Shown in pieces: positions 23,941 through 37,316 of a DNA stretch of 64,000 nt. The stretch covers positions 21,464,954 to 21,528,953 of the forward strand of contig CP154954.1 in NCBI GenBank assembly GCA_039621445.1. Direction: 5' to 3'. The position numbers and the translations under genes were made by a program. The first letter of the stretch is position 1. Each line of letters opens with the position of its first letter. Source of the DNA: Euglena gracilis (lineage: Eukaryota). Under the pieces are notes generated by a model. It was given only the letters and a program-made list of their open reading frames with translations. It ran no database searches and was not told the DNA's origin.

Positions 23941-25534
23941 CACAACGCACACAAGTAAATACATGCACCTCATCCTAGTGCCTCGACAACAATGCCAATT
24001 GTTGTCAAAGCCAAAGCCCATCAAAGCGCAAGAAATCCCCCAAGAGGGGAGGGTGAGCTAACAACGTTCTGTGAAAATTTCTTAAAATACATGCTGCGCA
24101 CTAGCAACGGAGCTTCAATAAGAGCTGATGCATTTAGGGGGTCCAGATACTCTAATCGAGGATTCTTGCCATCGGCATACTGTAAGTAAGACAGACTTGG
24201 ATTCATTCCTTCAAAATTCTGTGGTTCAAGATGGGGAGAAGGCAAGCACTTCAAATTCGTGCCACAAGCAGGATTTTGAAACAATCCCAAACACAAAAAG
24301 AAGAATGCAAAAAAAGGTTTTGATGCAAGCAAACACAAAACACAACACAACCTACAGGCAGGACCCGAGAGGAACATGATCGGCTTTTTTCAAAAAAATG
24401 CAAAATAAAACAACTTAAAGAAGGGGGAAAAACTGTCTTCTTCCTGAAACAGTTTGTTTTGTTGTTTTTTGAATGTGCATTTCTGATTTCACGCCTTGCA
24501 CAGCTCTGGAAATTATTCTTCTTGGACAAGGAGAGCCGGGATATGATGCTGACCATATGCAGCTATTTCATACAACTTGCCCGGGGGGGATCGGCCACTC
24601 CTGAATGCGCTCATGTTGGCAAGGCAATATTGCCAAAAAGTCTCCAAAAATTCCAAAAAATTTCCGGCGCGGTTGGCGCCGGGCCAGCCACTGAACCCCC
24701 CCTGCTGCCTACCTCAAAACCGAAAGGCTTCCCATCTATCCCTGGGAACCTCCTGCAGCGGATCATGCCAACTGGCCGCCCTTTTTTTCCAGCCTGTAGC
24801 ATTTTTCCAGCCTTGGACCCTCCCCCCCATCGACGAGTTTAAATTCATTTTGCAGCTACCAAAAAGACCGGACACAAAAATCACACAAACCTTCCAGTGG
24901 TGTGCCAATGAAACACTGTGAACATGCCTTGGAGAGAAATTACCTCAGGTCGGAAGGTTTCACACACATCCTCCTCCATCCAAATGTCACAGATGGTTTT
25001 TCCTTGGCACCATTGATACCTGGAAAAAAACATCACATTACCAGAGTGTTCAGAGTAATACTTTGCTAGGAGTGGCATACAATAGAGGTCAAAGAATACA
25101 ATTGTTTTTTGCGGAAAATTTGACTGACTGATTATTTCAAAATAGGGTTGCATGATGAACAAAAATCGAGCAATGTGCCCATTTTCCTGCTTCAAATTTC
25201 ACCTGATGACAACAAATATTGGTGTTCTCAGCTCAGTTTTCAAAAAACAAACAGAATTTGTTGGAAGCAGAAAACAACGCGGACCCCCTTGTAAAGCAGA
25301 ACACTGGCATCGGTGGTGGCAGCAGAAGCACGTTCACACGGCCACCCCCAGCTCTGCCAGCTCCTTCTTCAGGGCGGGGATCATTGCCGTCCACTTCTCC
25401 CTTTCCTCCAAAAACTTGGGGCAGAAGCAGTGCTTGTCCACTCAAGGACTGCTTCCGGCCTCACGGAGGGATTGCTCGAAGAACAGGCCAGAATTGGCAT
25501 ACCGGAACCTCTCCTCAGTGCGCTGCATGGTGAC

Positions 25535-26160
25535 CAGGCTGTTTTTTTTACCAACCCCGGGGGGGGGGAGGAGGGGGTCCGGAGTACCTGCTCGGGCAGG
25601 CACTACCCCCCCCCCCGGGGTCGGATTTCGGCCTGCGCCCAGGCACATTCCTTTGAAAATAGGCCATTTTTTTGCTCTGGTGCCTTCGGCGCCAGGGTCT
25701 GTGCTAGAGCACTTTGGGCCGTGTGCCCCACCATTAAAAACCTCGTTTCCACCTCGGCGCAAAGCACCGGAGGAAACAATTAAAAAAAATTCTGTCCCCC
25801 TCTCCCCCCCGGGGGGGGGGAAGGGAGGTTCTAGCATTTTTTTTTCTAGCTAGTCCAAATTTGGCGGAGATTTGGCGCTGCGGTTGCCCCCCTAAAATTT
25901 TGGCCAAAATGCTGTTCTTGGTCTGAGCCAGTGTTCAAGTGAAGGTTCAAGAGCTTTTAGGTGTGGAAATCGGCCCAACGTGGACTCAAAAAAGAAGCCC
26001 GAAGGGAACTATGGGGAACGATCCCAGTCACCATCAGGCTGTATTTTAGTCGGGTGCCGACCCCACCGGGGGGGGGGGGGGGTGCCTGCCTGGGCAGGCA
26101 CTCCAAGGCACAAAAATCCGCCCCCCCCCCCGGGGTTCTTGGCTGATTTTGCTCCAAAAA
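25535..26160. mobile_element. hAT-like MITE whose right end and flank are inverted
   Basis: ATGGTGAC-CAGGCTGTTTTT at 25527 and GTCACCAT-CAGGCTGTATTT at 26027. Same family as 43069-43359. Confidence 0.75.
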
Positions 26161-27319
26161 AAAAAACCCAAAAGGTGGTGTGTTGATTGCCCATGAAACA
26201 GGTTGAGTTGAAAGGTGATCGGCCACCGATTGACAGGAGATTGACCGGTCCAAACTGGATGATATTTTAAGGGTTTTGCCAATTGTAATAAATCAATTGG
26301 AATAGAGAAATGTGTGGCAGTTTTCCAAATGTTGTTTGTGTGGGGTGTTCCATTTCGGAGTCTGGGTTTAAGCTCGAAGCGCCAGATAATTTTTGGGAAA
26401 CGTCCCTGGACAATTTTTTGATGGTCTTGGGGGACCCCAAGGGTCTTTTTGTCAAACAACTGTGTCCACGTGAAGAGTGAGTCAGGGGGAGAGCGGGGGC
26501 CAGGCCTTTGCTTAAAGGTTCGCATAACCCCTCCCCCGGGGGCTGGACTGCAGCTAGACCAAATTTGGACAGTGGGAATTCTAGTGGACCACCCCGGGGG
26601 GGGGGGGGCTATCAAGCCTAGCGGCGGAAAAAAGTTCTTTCCAATGACTGGTGTAAAGTGCCGAGAATTTCTGGGACCCCCCAAAGCTGGCCAAAAATGC
26701 CCATTTTTTGGCCCCCCTAGCTGGGAGGGATGGGGTTTCGAAAGGTTTTCGGATGGGGTGGTTGGGTGGATTTGGGCTTGGGAAAAACACCCCTCCCCCC
26801 GGGTCACCAAATGAATGTGGGATTGGAGTCAGACAAACACCATACTGTAGCGTGTGAAATAACAATCGGAAAAATTTATTATCCACTCATTTTCCTTGAT
26901 TCCCCCTCAAACAGCTAAAACATGGATTTTGAACCGGGCAATAATTCACAACTAACTCTGGGGGGTTGGGCAATCACCCACCCAAAATCACCCAAAATCA
27001 GCCAAAAACGCATGTCATTTTTCCGACCACCCACCCACTTTCGAAATCCCACCCAGCCATCCCCCCCACCCCGGGGGTGGGGGGATGGCACCCGAATATT
27101 GGGAACCCCCGATGCAGTATGCGTACCAGCCGATGACGCAACCAGCTGCAGAATTTCTGTATCCAGCATCTAGAAGCTAGAAGCAATCTGCCCATACAAC
27201 GGGAATAATACATAGCACCCCCCAGGGCTCAAACGGAGCCCGCATCTTGGGCAGATGATCCAGATGATCTTGAGCAGGGTGAGGCCCAAAGCCGAATGGA
27301 GGGGTGGGATTACACAATG

Positions 27320-28152
27320 CAGGGATCCTCACACGTCCGTGCTGGCCGAGGCCAAAATGTATCCGTGATTTTCCGTGATTTTCCGTGATTTTCTGTGATT
27401 TTCCGTGATTTTCCGTGATTTTCTGTGAATTTCCTGTTTCCGGAAAAGGTCAAAGGCAACATTCCATTCTGCACTGGAGCCATATTTGGGCGGTTGTGGC
27501 AGATTGTTTCTCCATAGTATAGTTCTGGAGATGCCCCAGTTCCTATCCGCACCTGTATATGAAAATAAAAATAAATTTGTACAGGAGGGGAAAAAACAAC
27601 CTTTTGTCCTTGAATATTTTTCTTGATTGCCCCTAAATGGGTTGCCAAAATCCTGTCAGCAGACCAATATAGCGATTGACCATTCCGCATACAGCCTGGG
27701 CGGAAAGATGGAAGATCATAAAACCAACACGCCCCCAACTTGTCTGTATTTCTGGAGAGCACCTATGATGCTTTCGAGGTCCAATTTTGTGACCGGGAGA
27801 CCAGAATGGAGGAAAACGGCCACAAAATCATCTGTGATTGTCTGGGTGAGGTTTTGCTTCTTCACTGACTCCCGAAAATCCAACTGCTTCAGTGGGGTGT
27901 CTTGGCTGGGAAGAAAATTTTACAATGAATTGGACGACATTGTCTGTTTGGAAAGGCAGAGAATGTGCAAAACATCCATCAAAATGTATCTGCACAAACA
28001 AAACACATTCAAAAAAAGCCCAAATTTTTTTTCCGAACCCTCCTCCTTGTCCGTGAATTTCCGTGATTTTCCGTGATTTCCGTGAAAATGGCCTTCCGCC
28101 CATTTCCGTGATCCTCCGTGAATTTCCTTTTCAGGACGTGTGAGAATCCCTG
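27320..28152. mobile_element. Non-autonomous TIR element with 7-bp TSD (P-like)
   Basis: 19-bp TIR CAGGGAT(C/T)CTCACACGTCC, TSD CACAATG, (TTCCGTGATT)n near both ends. Confidence 0.85.
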
Positions 28153-28558
28153 CACAATGCATAACCTCAATGCATCACACAACTGAAATTACGGATGCCA
28201 CAAAAACTAAAAATTGGCAGCATGTGAAAAAGTATGCAATCGTGCAATGCAAAAATAAATGCAATGAAGCGTATAGCATAATGCCCAATTCCAAAACTAT
28301 GCAATTTGTTACATAGAAAAAGCACAAACATTGACAAAAAGTCAGGTCTCGAGGAAAAATTGGTCCAAAATATGGAAAATTTTCAACTCAGAGGAATTTC
28401 GAGCAAAAATAAGGAAAATTGCCAGGAAAAAGCACAAAAAAACCAAAAAAGAAACAAAAAAACCTTTGTGTTTAAGAAACCCAAAACCCAGGATGTTACT
28501 TGATGTGATGCAAAACCTTTCATTCGTTTCATCAACCAAAAAACATGCACATATGAAC

Positions 28559-28801
28559 CATTTGGTTGGCCATGCACCGAATGCACTCCCGCTTCACCTT
28601 CTCCTGTTCCTTGAGCAGCTGCTTCACCTCCTTCTCTAAGTCGATGGCAGCCTTCGTCACGTCGGACACCACCATGTCCAGCCAGAACTTCGCCTTCTCC
28701 TCCTCCGACTCCTTCGCCCACTTGTCGGCCGGCAGACCATGGCTGGCCTTCACCTGGTCCAGCAGGGCCCCCAACTCCTGGGGGCTCAACGGCAGGCACC
28801 A
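28559..28801 (-). CDS. Probable internal exon, helical/coiled-coil protein of unknown function
   Basis: 243-nt high-GC3 island in AT-rich DNA, bounded by ttttaaacAG| and |GTtcat. Encodes WCLPLSPQELGALLDQVK...RECIRCMANQM. Confidence 0.55.
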
Positions 28802-31800
28802 CTGTTTAAAATGCCTCAAAAATCTTTGAAAAAACAAACAACGTTTGACAACTTTTTCGCCAATGTTGTCTTAAACTGCCTTAAACTGTTAAAATTGATC
28901 CATGAAAAATTCATTCTAGCATAATTTTCTCTGACCGAACAAAAAAAAATCTCAGCAAAACCAAATCAACTCCAGGGAAAAAATCCTTCTGGCATTATCT
29001 ATCAACCAAATCTCAAAAAAAATGTGCTTTTAATTTTGGACAAATCCAAAATCAAAAAAGTTGGTTTGATGCTCGGCACCAAAAAAAACTTTTAAAAATA
29101 AAAAATGCCTCCAATAAATCCCTTTCAACGTAATGCCTGCTCAGCGGCGGGAAATTGGTCTGGCTGGGGTTCAGCTTTGTGTGCGTCAAGGGCTGCCCCC
29201 AGCAAGCGATGGCTGAACTTTGGGAAAGAGCAATTCAAAAAGCAGGCGAGTGCAATGTGTGCGTTATGCATGAATACATTGGGAGATTGGGGAATTGAGG
29301 AGTGGGACCAAATGATGGAATGGGAGGATAAACCAATGAGGGGGGGGGGGCATATCGGTGTGTGAAATACAAACAAAAAAAATTCTCCTCTCAATTTTGA
29401 TTCCCCCTCCATTAAAACATGGACTTTGAACCGGGAGATAATTCACAACTCCAACCCTGGGGGGTTGGACAATCACCTGCCCAAAATCACCCAACATCGA
29501 ACAAAAAAAGCCTGCAATTCTTCTGGCCAACCTCCAATGGCCCCCAAACCCATCCACTCACTTCCGAAACCCCACCCACCCCAAAAGGGTGGGTCAGCGA
29601 CGGCACAAAAGCTGCTTTTAGTGACACGAGTATGAGAACTCGTTCCTGTGGGCAGCCCTAAACTCAAGTCGTAGACAGCAGCGTCCTGGGAAGCAGCCAT
29701 TCTCAAGAGAAACGGACTGGAGAAAAAACAAAAACAACAGAAAGCAATGGAGCGCCTTGATTTGAAAAGGTGGCCAATGCAGTGCATTATGTTTCTGTTG
29801 GAAATTGAGAGATTGGGGGAATGAAACACAACAATGCAAACTTTGTCAAAATCGAAAAACATAAATCACAAAAAAAAGTGTTTGCATCCATCCCCCCCCC
29901 CTGCTGACAATGTTTAACTGACATTGGTGTGCTTGTGAGTTTCACACATGGTTAGTTTGCGCAAATGCACCTGAGCAAACCAACCACTTGCGCAACTTCA
30001 CATGACTGCAGTTTTTTTTTGAAATCTTAAAAATGAGATACTTTGAAGAATTTTGAATACAACACAAAAACACTTGCCTTCAGGGCCCAAATTGGGCATT
30101 AACAGTTGAGCCTCTGAAAAACCATGTTTGACTCTTTAAGCAATAAACCCTTAAACAATAAACAGCTACCCTAGATTTTATTCTTAAATTTCGAGTTTAA
30201 AGCTGTCTTGTACCCCCAGGATTTAGTCCGAAAATGGGGCACAATTCATTGGTACAAATGGTTTTGCTGGCTTCAAGTCACTTTAATGATTTTTTATTTG
30301 AAAAAAAACTCCCCCCCCCCCCGGGTCCCAGCCACAGATTCACTCAATGACCCTGGGGGGGAGGCACTTTCTTGGGCCCAAACCCACCCACGCACTTTTT
30401 CAAAAACCCCAACCCACCACACGGGGGGGGGTCAACCACCCATCCACCTACCCGAAATCCATCCAAAATCGACCGAAAACGCTGAAAAAACAAAACCCTG
30501 CCCCACGGTGCACTCCAACTCCCCCCAACCCCCCAGGGGCCCCCCAACCACCTGTGTGACCTCTCTCCGGGGGGGGAGGGGTCACACAGGTGTTAAATAA
30601 ATCTATGGTCCCGGCCCAAAACCAGCCAATCCCTCTGAAAAAACCAGTCACCCATCCGCACTCATCAACCACTTGTGGCGCCATTCTCTAACAGCCCATT
30701 CCTACCTTCTTCGTTGCATTTAAATTCCACTCCTTTCATAACTTCAAAAAAAATCTCCACACAAGCAAAAAGGTGGACCGGAACCCCACCTCAAAAACAC
30801 CACCTAGCGCTGGCAGTTGTCACATAGAAATGGGGGATCAATACTGGGTTTTGTGTATTTTTGGGGATTTCTTCCTTCGGTGAGGTCAATTTTGGGGATT
30901 TCGCAACTCAGTGACATGCGTTGGAGGGTCAAATCACCAAATTTGCACCATTCCCTCTGCTGCCAACACCAGAAAATTGTGAAAATCAACTAACGGAGGG
31001 CCCCCTCCTCAAATTAAAAACTAGAGACCTAATGCAGTTGTACCACATGACACAAAGCATCCAAAAGAGCGCAGTAAGGACATTCCATCCAGAATAAAGC
31101 AGACTGGAAATTTTGGATCAGAATTAAAAATATCAGAGTTCTTTTGAGGCCGGGATTGGACATACCCCCCCTTGCCCCTCGACCAGGGGAGCGTGGGCGT
31201 ACCCCGAGACCTGCAACCCCCTTATCGGGGTGTACTCAGTATATGGGGTCGGTGAGCAAGGGGATGGGCGGGTAATACAGGTAACCAAAATTGCCCAAAG
31301 AAAATCTTGGGCCTCTTTGGGAAAACGTGTATTTTCACAATGCATTGCCACTTGTTGCAGCATCTCGCTCAGTTGCCCAAACTCCATGGCTATCTTTAAA
31401 CTGAGGGGTGGGGGAAATCTGACCGGGAACAATTGCCGACGGAAAAATTCTTGAGAAATATTGGGTGAATACTTAGAATGACGGGGAAAATCCTGGATGC
31501 CCGCTTAAAACGGCGGGGAAGAATTCTGGACGGAAAAATATTGTGAACCCATTATCCGGGAAAACCATCAGAATTCACATCAGAATGCTGAGGATTTCCG
31601 ACGTCCAACGTTCGAAAATTGGTGGAATCCTAACTCCAAATTGCAAGATAAAACAAAACAACACCATCTTTCATTTTGTACCATCAAATATACCTTCTAA
31701 CAAGTGATTTGGAACATGAATGCACTCCAAGAATTAACGCAAAGCGCCAAAAAAAATTCTGGGACGTTCACTGGAGGCAATTTGCCTTAAATTTGCCTGA

Positions 31801-32424
31801 AAAAAAATCCTTGACGGATCCTGAAAATGGCTGAAAAATCCTGGACAAAATTTCGCTTCCAGAATTGTTCCCATAACAATTCCCCATTCAACCCCCCCCC
31901 CGGCTGTGAAATACCTGCTTTCTGACAACAGCTTGCATTATGGCCAGGAAGAGCTAGAGTGTGTGTGTGTTGGTGTGTGTGTAGTCGAATCTTTTTGAGA
32001 CCTCAAAATTTTCTCAAAATTTTCATGCCAGGGAGCTACCTCCCCCCTGGGCTCTTGGACCCAGGTTTGTATGGGAATCTCGGAGGAGGAGACCCTCCTA
32101 CCTCCAGTTTTCGGTCGCCGAACTTCTCACCATTGAGTGCAAAATTTCGGCCGTTTTTGGGGGGGGGTCAAAAAATCAATTTTTCTGAATTTTGATTTTT
32201 AATGGTGGGGAATCAAAGGAAAATATCCGCAGACCTAAATTGAAGCCCTTAAAATGCCCCATCTGACAGTTTTTTGATTTCCCCGCAACTCCCCGCCTAG
32301 CCCCAGTTATGACCATTTTGCCAAAATTTCATATTGAGGCGTGAAATGCCGGAAGATTCTTTTTGCCCCCGTGGAGGAGGAGGGGGGAGGTGGGGGGACC
32401 CCCCCGGGCCCCCGGCTCCCCGAC

Positions 32425-35400
32425 TTAGAGTGGGGGGGGGGGGTTCTGGGTAGTCGACCGACTAGTCGGTCGACTAGTTCACCGACTACTAGTCGACCGA
32501 CTGGTCGGTGGGGGGAACTGGGTAGTCGGTCGACTAGTCGACCGACTACCCACTCTAATGTACTAAAAGGGGGGGGTCACCGACTTTTTAAGCCCCCCCC
32601 CCGCAAAAATTGTGTTGCCGAACCGTTTTGGAAGGGAATCCCTTTTGCTGCTCAACTGTCCCAGGGCCCCAAAATAACAAAATCACTTGTGTAGCCGAAC
32701 CGTTTTGGAAGTGAATCCCTTTTGCTGCTCAACTGTCCCAGGGCCCCAAAATAACAAAATACCTTGTGCTGCCGAACCGTTTTGGAAGCGAATCCCTTTT
32801 GCTGCTCAACTGTCCCAGGGCCCCAAAATAACAAAATCCCTTGTGCTGCCGAACCGTTTTGGAAGCGAATCCCTTTTGCTGCTCAACTGTCCCAGGGCCC
32901 CAAAATAACAAAATCCCTTGTGTAGCCGAACCGTTTTGGAAGCGAATCCCTTTTGCTGCTCAACTGTCCCAGGGCCCCAAAATAACAAAATCCCTTGTGC
33001 TGCCGAACCGTTTTGGAAGCGAATCCCTTTTGCTGCTCAACTGTCCCAGGGCCCCAAAATAACAAAATCCCTTGTGCTGCCGAATCGTTTTGGAAGCGAA
33101 TCCCTTTTGCTGCTCAACTGTCCCAGGGCCCCAAAATAACAAAATCCCTTGTGTAGCCGAACCGTTTTGGAAGCGAATCCCTTTTGCTGCTCAACTGTCC
33201 CAGGGCCCCAAAATAACAAAATCCCTTGTGTAACCGAACTGTTTTGGAAGCGAATCCCTTTTGCTGCTCAACTGTCCCAGGGCCCCAAAATAACAAAATC
33301 CCTTGTGTTGCCGAACCGTTTTGGAAGCGAATCCCTTTTGCTGCTCAACTGTCCCAGGGCCCCAAAATAACAAAATCCCTTGTGTTGCCGAACCGTTTTG
33401 GAAGCGAATCCCTTTTGCTGCTCAACTGTCCCAGGGCCCCAAAATAACAAAATCCCTTGTGTAGCCGAACCGTTTTGGAAGCGAATCCCTTTTGCTGCTC
33501 AACTGTCCCAGGGCCCCAAAATAACAAAATCCCTTGTGTAGCCGAATCGTTTTGGAAGCGAATCCCTTTTGCTGCTCAACTGTCCCAGGGCCCCAAAATA
33601 GCAAAATCCCTTGTGTAGCCGAACCGTTTTGGAAGCGAATCCCTTTTGCTGCTCAACTGTCCCAGGGCCCCAAAATAACAAAATCCCTTGTGTTGCCGAA
33701 CCGTTTTGGAAGCGAATCCCTTTTGCTGCTCAACTGTCCCAGGGCCCCAAAATAACAAAATCCCTTGTGCTGCCGAACCGTTTTGGAAGCGAACCCCTTT
33801 TGCTGCTCAACTGTCCCAGGGCCCCAAAATAACAAAATCCCTTGTGCTGCCGAACCGTTTTGGAAGCGAATCCCTTTTGCTGCTCAACTGTCCCAGGGCC
33901 CCAAAATAACAAAATCCCTTGTGCTGCCGAACCGTTTTGGAAGCGAATCCCTTTTGCTGCTCAACTGTCCCAGGGCCCCAAAATAACAAAATCCCTTGTG
34001 TAGCCGAATCGTTTTGGAAGCGAATCCCTTTTGCTGCTCAACTGTCCCAGGGCCCCAAAATAACAAAATCCCTTGTGCTGCCAAACCGTTTTGGAAGCGA
34101 ATCCCTTTTGCTGCTCAACTGTCCCAGGGCCCCAAAATAACAAAATCCCTTGTGTAGCCAAACCGTTTTGGAAGCGAATCCCCTTTGCTGCTCAACTGTC
34201 CCAGGGCCCCAAAATAACAAAATCCCTTGTGCTGCCAAACCGTTTTGGAAGCGAATCCCTTTTGCTGCTCAACTGTCCTAGGGCCCCAAAATAACAAAAT
34301 CCCTTGTGCTGCCGAACCGTTTTGGAAGCGAATCCCTTTTGCTGCTCAACTGTCCCAGGGCCCCAAAATAACAAAATCCCTTGTGTAGCTGAACCGTTTT
34401 GGAAGCGAATCCCTTTTGCTGCTCAACTGTCCCAGGGCCCCAAAATAACAAAATCCCTTGTGCTGCCAAACCGTTTTGGAAGCGAATCCCTTTTGCTGCT
34501 CAACTGTCCCAGGGCCCCAAAATAACAAAATCCCTTGTGCTGCGGAACCGTTTTGGAAGCGAATCCCTTTTGCTGCTCAACTGTCCCAGGGCCCCAAAAT
34601 AACAAAATCCCTTGTGTAGCCGAACCGTTTTGGAAGCGAATCCCTTTTGCTGCTCAACTGTCCCAGGGCCCCAAAATAACAAAATCCCTTGTGCTGCCAA
34701 ACCGTTTTGGAAGCGAATCCCTTTTGCTGCTCAACTGTCCCAGGGCCCCAAAATAACAAAATCCCTTGTGCTGCGGAACCGTTTTGGAAGCGAATCCCTT
34801 TTGCTGCTCAACTGTCCCAGGGCCCCAAAATAACAAAATCCCTTGTGCTGCCGAACCGTTTTGGAAGCGAATCCCTTTTGCTGCTCAACTGTCCCAGGGC
34901 CCCAAAATAACAAAATCCCTTGTGTAGCCGAACCGTTTTGGAAGCGAATCCCTTTTGCTGCTCAACTGTCCCAGGGCCCCAAAATAACAAAATCCCTTGT
35001 GTTGCCGAACCGTTTTGGAAGCGAATCCCTTTTGCTGCTCAACTGTCCCAGGGCCCCAAAATAACAAAATCCCTTGTGTAGCCGAACCGTTTTGGAAGCG
35101 AATTCCTTTTGCTGCTCAACTGTCCCAGGGCCCCAAAATAACAAAATCCCTTGTGTTGCCGAACCGTTCATGAAACAAAAGGGATGTTTTGACAACTTTG
35201 AAGGCTTCAGATCTGTTTTCTTTCAAATTCTAGTCCAAAACAAGTCAAATCAATGTTGGGGGGGGGGGGCTTAAAAGGTCGGTGACCCCCCCTTTTGGTA
35301 CATTAGAGTGGGTAGTCGGTCGACTAGTCGACCGACTACCCAGTTGCTCCCATACCCAGTACCCCCCCCCCTTGTACCGACTAGTCGACCGACTAGTCGG

Positions 35401-35477
35401 TCGACTAGTCGGTAGGGCAACTGGGTAGTCGACCGACTAGTCGGTCGACTACCCAGAACCCCCCCCCCCCAGTCTAA
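32425..35477. repeat. Long inverted-repeat arms (32425-32600 and 35257-35477) bracketing the satellite
   Basis: The arms are reverse complements built of palindromic GTCGACCGACTAGTCGGTCGAC modules. No TSD seen. Confidence 0.8.
32610..35168. repeat. 77-bp tandem satellite, about 33 copies
   Basis: Unit TTGTG(CT/TA/TT)GCCGAACCGTTTTGGAAGCGAATCCCTTTTGCTGCTCAACTGTCCCAGGGCCCCAAAATAACAAAATCCC, with no spacers. Confidence 0.97.
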
Positions 35478-37316
35478 TGTTTGGGGCCGGACCCCCCCCC
35501 CACCACCTTACCCACCTAGGGGGGGGGGGGGGTGACCCCCCCCCCTACCACCTACTTCATGTCGACGGAGCTTCCATACAACCCTGCTTGGCCCGGGCCA
35601 TGATTGAAGGTAAGGCCAGGGGGCCAACCTTTGGGGGAGGGGGAAATTTGCATGTTAAGAATTTTGGCAGCTATGTGCAAAAGGCCAAAGACCAACCTTA
35701 GAGGGGCCAAGTTTGCACCTAAGGAGGAGGGGGGCCAAGCGCCCGGGGGGGGGGTACTTCAGATCAACCTGCTCATTCTTCTATTGGTCATTCTGGATGT
35801 ACTAAAAAGTTGCTGGCACCTGCAAAAACAGCATCAGAAAATTGTGGAGAAAAAAATCTTATCTAAAAATTCCTGCCAAAGATAAGAAAATATGCAAAAA
35901 AACACTATAAAAAATTAGAATTGAAATAGATGTGGAGTTAAATTGAGTGTGGGAAAATGAGGTGCATACGAAGACAGCAAAACAATTCTATTCAGATTTA
36001 AAAGAATGCGCAGTGCCGATTGCAGTGTGAAAACCTGGAGTGACCGGTCAGCAGGTTGACAACGTCGAAAACGGCAGAGGAGGAATGGATATATACAAGA
36101 GCCAGTAAAAAAAAAACTGAAACAAAACCTCAAATGCTGAGCAATTGTTGATAATTCTTTCTTATTTCCTGAATGAATCAAAGCTCAATCTTCAAAAAGG
36201 CAGACAAACACCCATTTTCTCATCAATTTTGTGCCGGTGACAAAAAAAGCCTCAACAAAAAAACACGCATTATCCTAATTGCGCACACACCCAATAAACA
36301 AGCCCAAAAAAAATGTCTGTTGATGAGAAACAAAACCAAAACCACATTTTCATAATTGTCTGTTGTTGTTGTTGCTACTGCTGCTGTTGTTGCAATCCAA
36401 AAAAGACACAACAATCGCCTGGTATCACAAGAACTGACGGTCAGTTGAAATCAAAAGATATAATGAAAAATGGGTGATAATATTCCTTATAAGCTCCACC
36501 GAGGGGTCCGAAAATTGATTCCCAAAAATGCGAGGGATGATTAGGGGAGTGACATTTTTAGAAAACGTCGAATATCCATTCAAACCAACTGGCCCTTTTC
36601 ATGATTCAGAAAAATCCTACAAACAAAAATGTGCCGTCGAAGTTCCATGAATGCCAAATACCAAATGAAAGCATGTGATGAAAAGCTTTTCTTTGGGGGC
36701 AACATTCTAAAACACGCCAGTCCATCATGGCGCAATATGGCATCCAGACTAGGCACCTTATTATTCAGCACTTGAGTGGAGGCAGGGTACAAATTGTTGC
36801 ATGGAATGTGGCCAGCTGATATGGTGCTGGGCAATAGGACAAAAAAAAGCAGGGAGAATTCCAAGGGTCAGCCATAAACTGTGATAAAGCAGAGGCGGCT
36901 GAGGAGAGTCCGGAACCCCATCTGTCTATTCACTGAACCTTGGTTGAGGGTTGTGAGAGTCAAAATTATGAAGCTTTGCTGCTCACAGAATTGCCCCACA
37001 GGTGAGAGCAGAGCAAAGCACGCGGCTTATGACCAGTTGTTGTTATTCCAGGACCAGATTGTCATTTTTACCCCATTATCTCATCGTGCCCACTCTACCG
37101 GGGGTGGGGGGGTCAAAAATGACCGATTTTCAACCCAGCACAAAACACAAAAAAAAACATTAATCTCGACCAAAAATTGCCAAAAGTGGGATTCTTCCCA
37201 CTTTGCCCTGGAGTGCCTAAGCTGGTAGGCACTCAGTGTCTACCTGGCCAAAAATGTCCGAAAATGGTTTTGTGGGGCTTCTGATGCCTTTAGCTGGAAG
37301 TGCCTTGGCCGAGCAC

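Larger units (their letters stand above)
32062..35586. mobile_element. hAT-like non-autonomous element enclosing an inverted-repeat element and the satellite
   Basis: Ends CAGGTTTGTATGGGAA and TTCCATACAACCCTG. TSD CTTGGACC/CTTGGCCC. The left arm is homologous to 45206-45550. Confidence 0.75.

Noticed and set aside
26895-29600. Dispersed repeat pair (about 26895-27060 and 29397-29590) as possible LTRs
   Set aside because: The copies are diverged, lack TG...CA ends, PBS or PPT, and have no retroelement coding sequence between them.
32610-35168. CRISPR-like array or repeated 60-73-aa ORFs
   Set aside because: There are no unique spacers and no cas genes. The ORFs follow from the 77-bp period.
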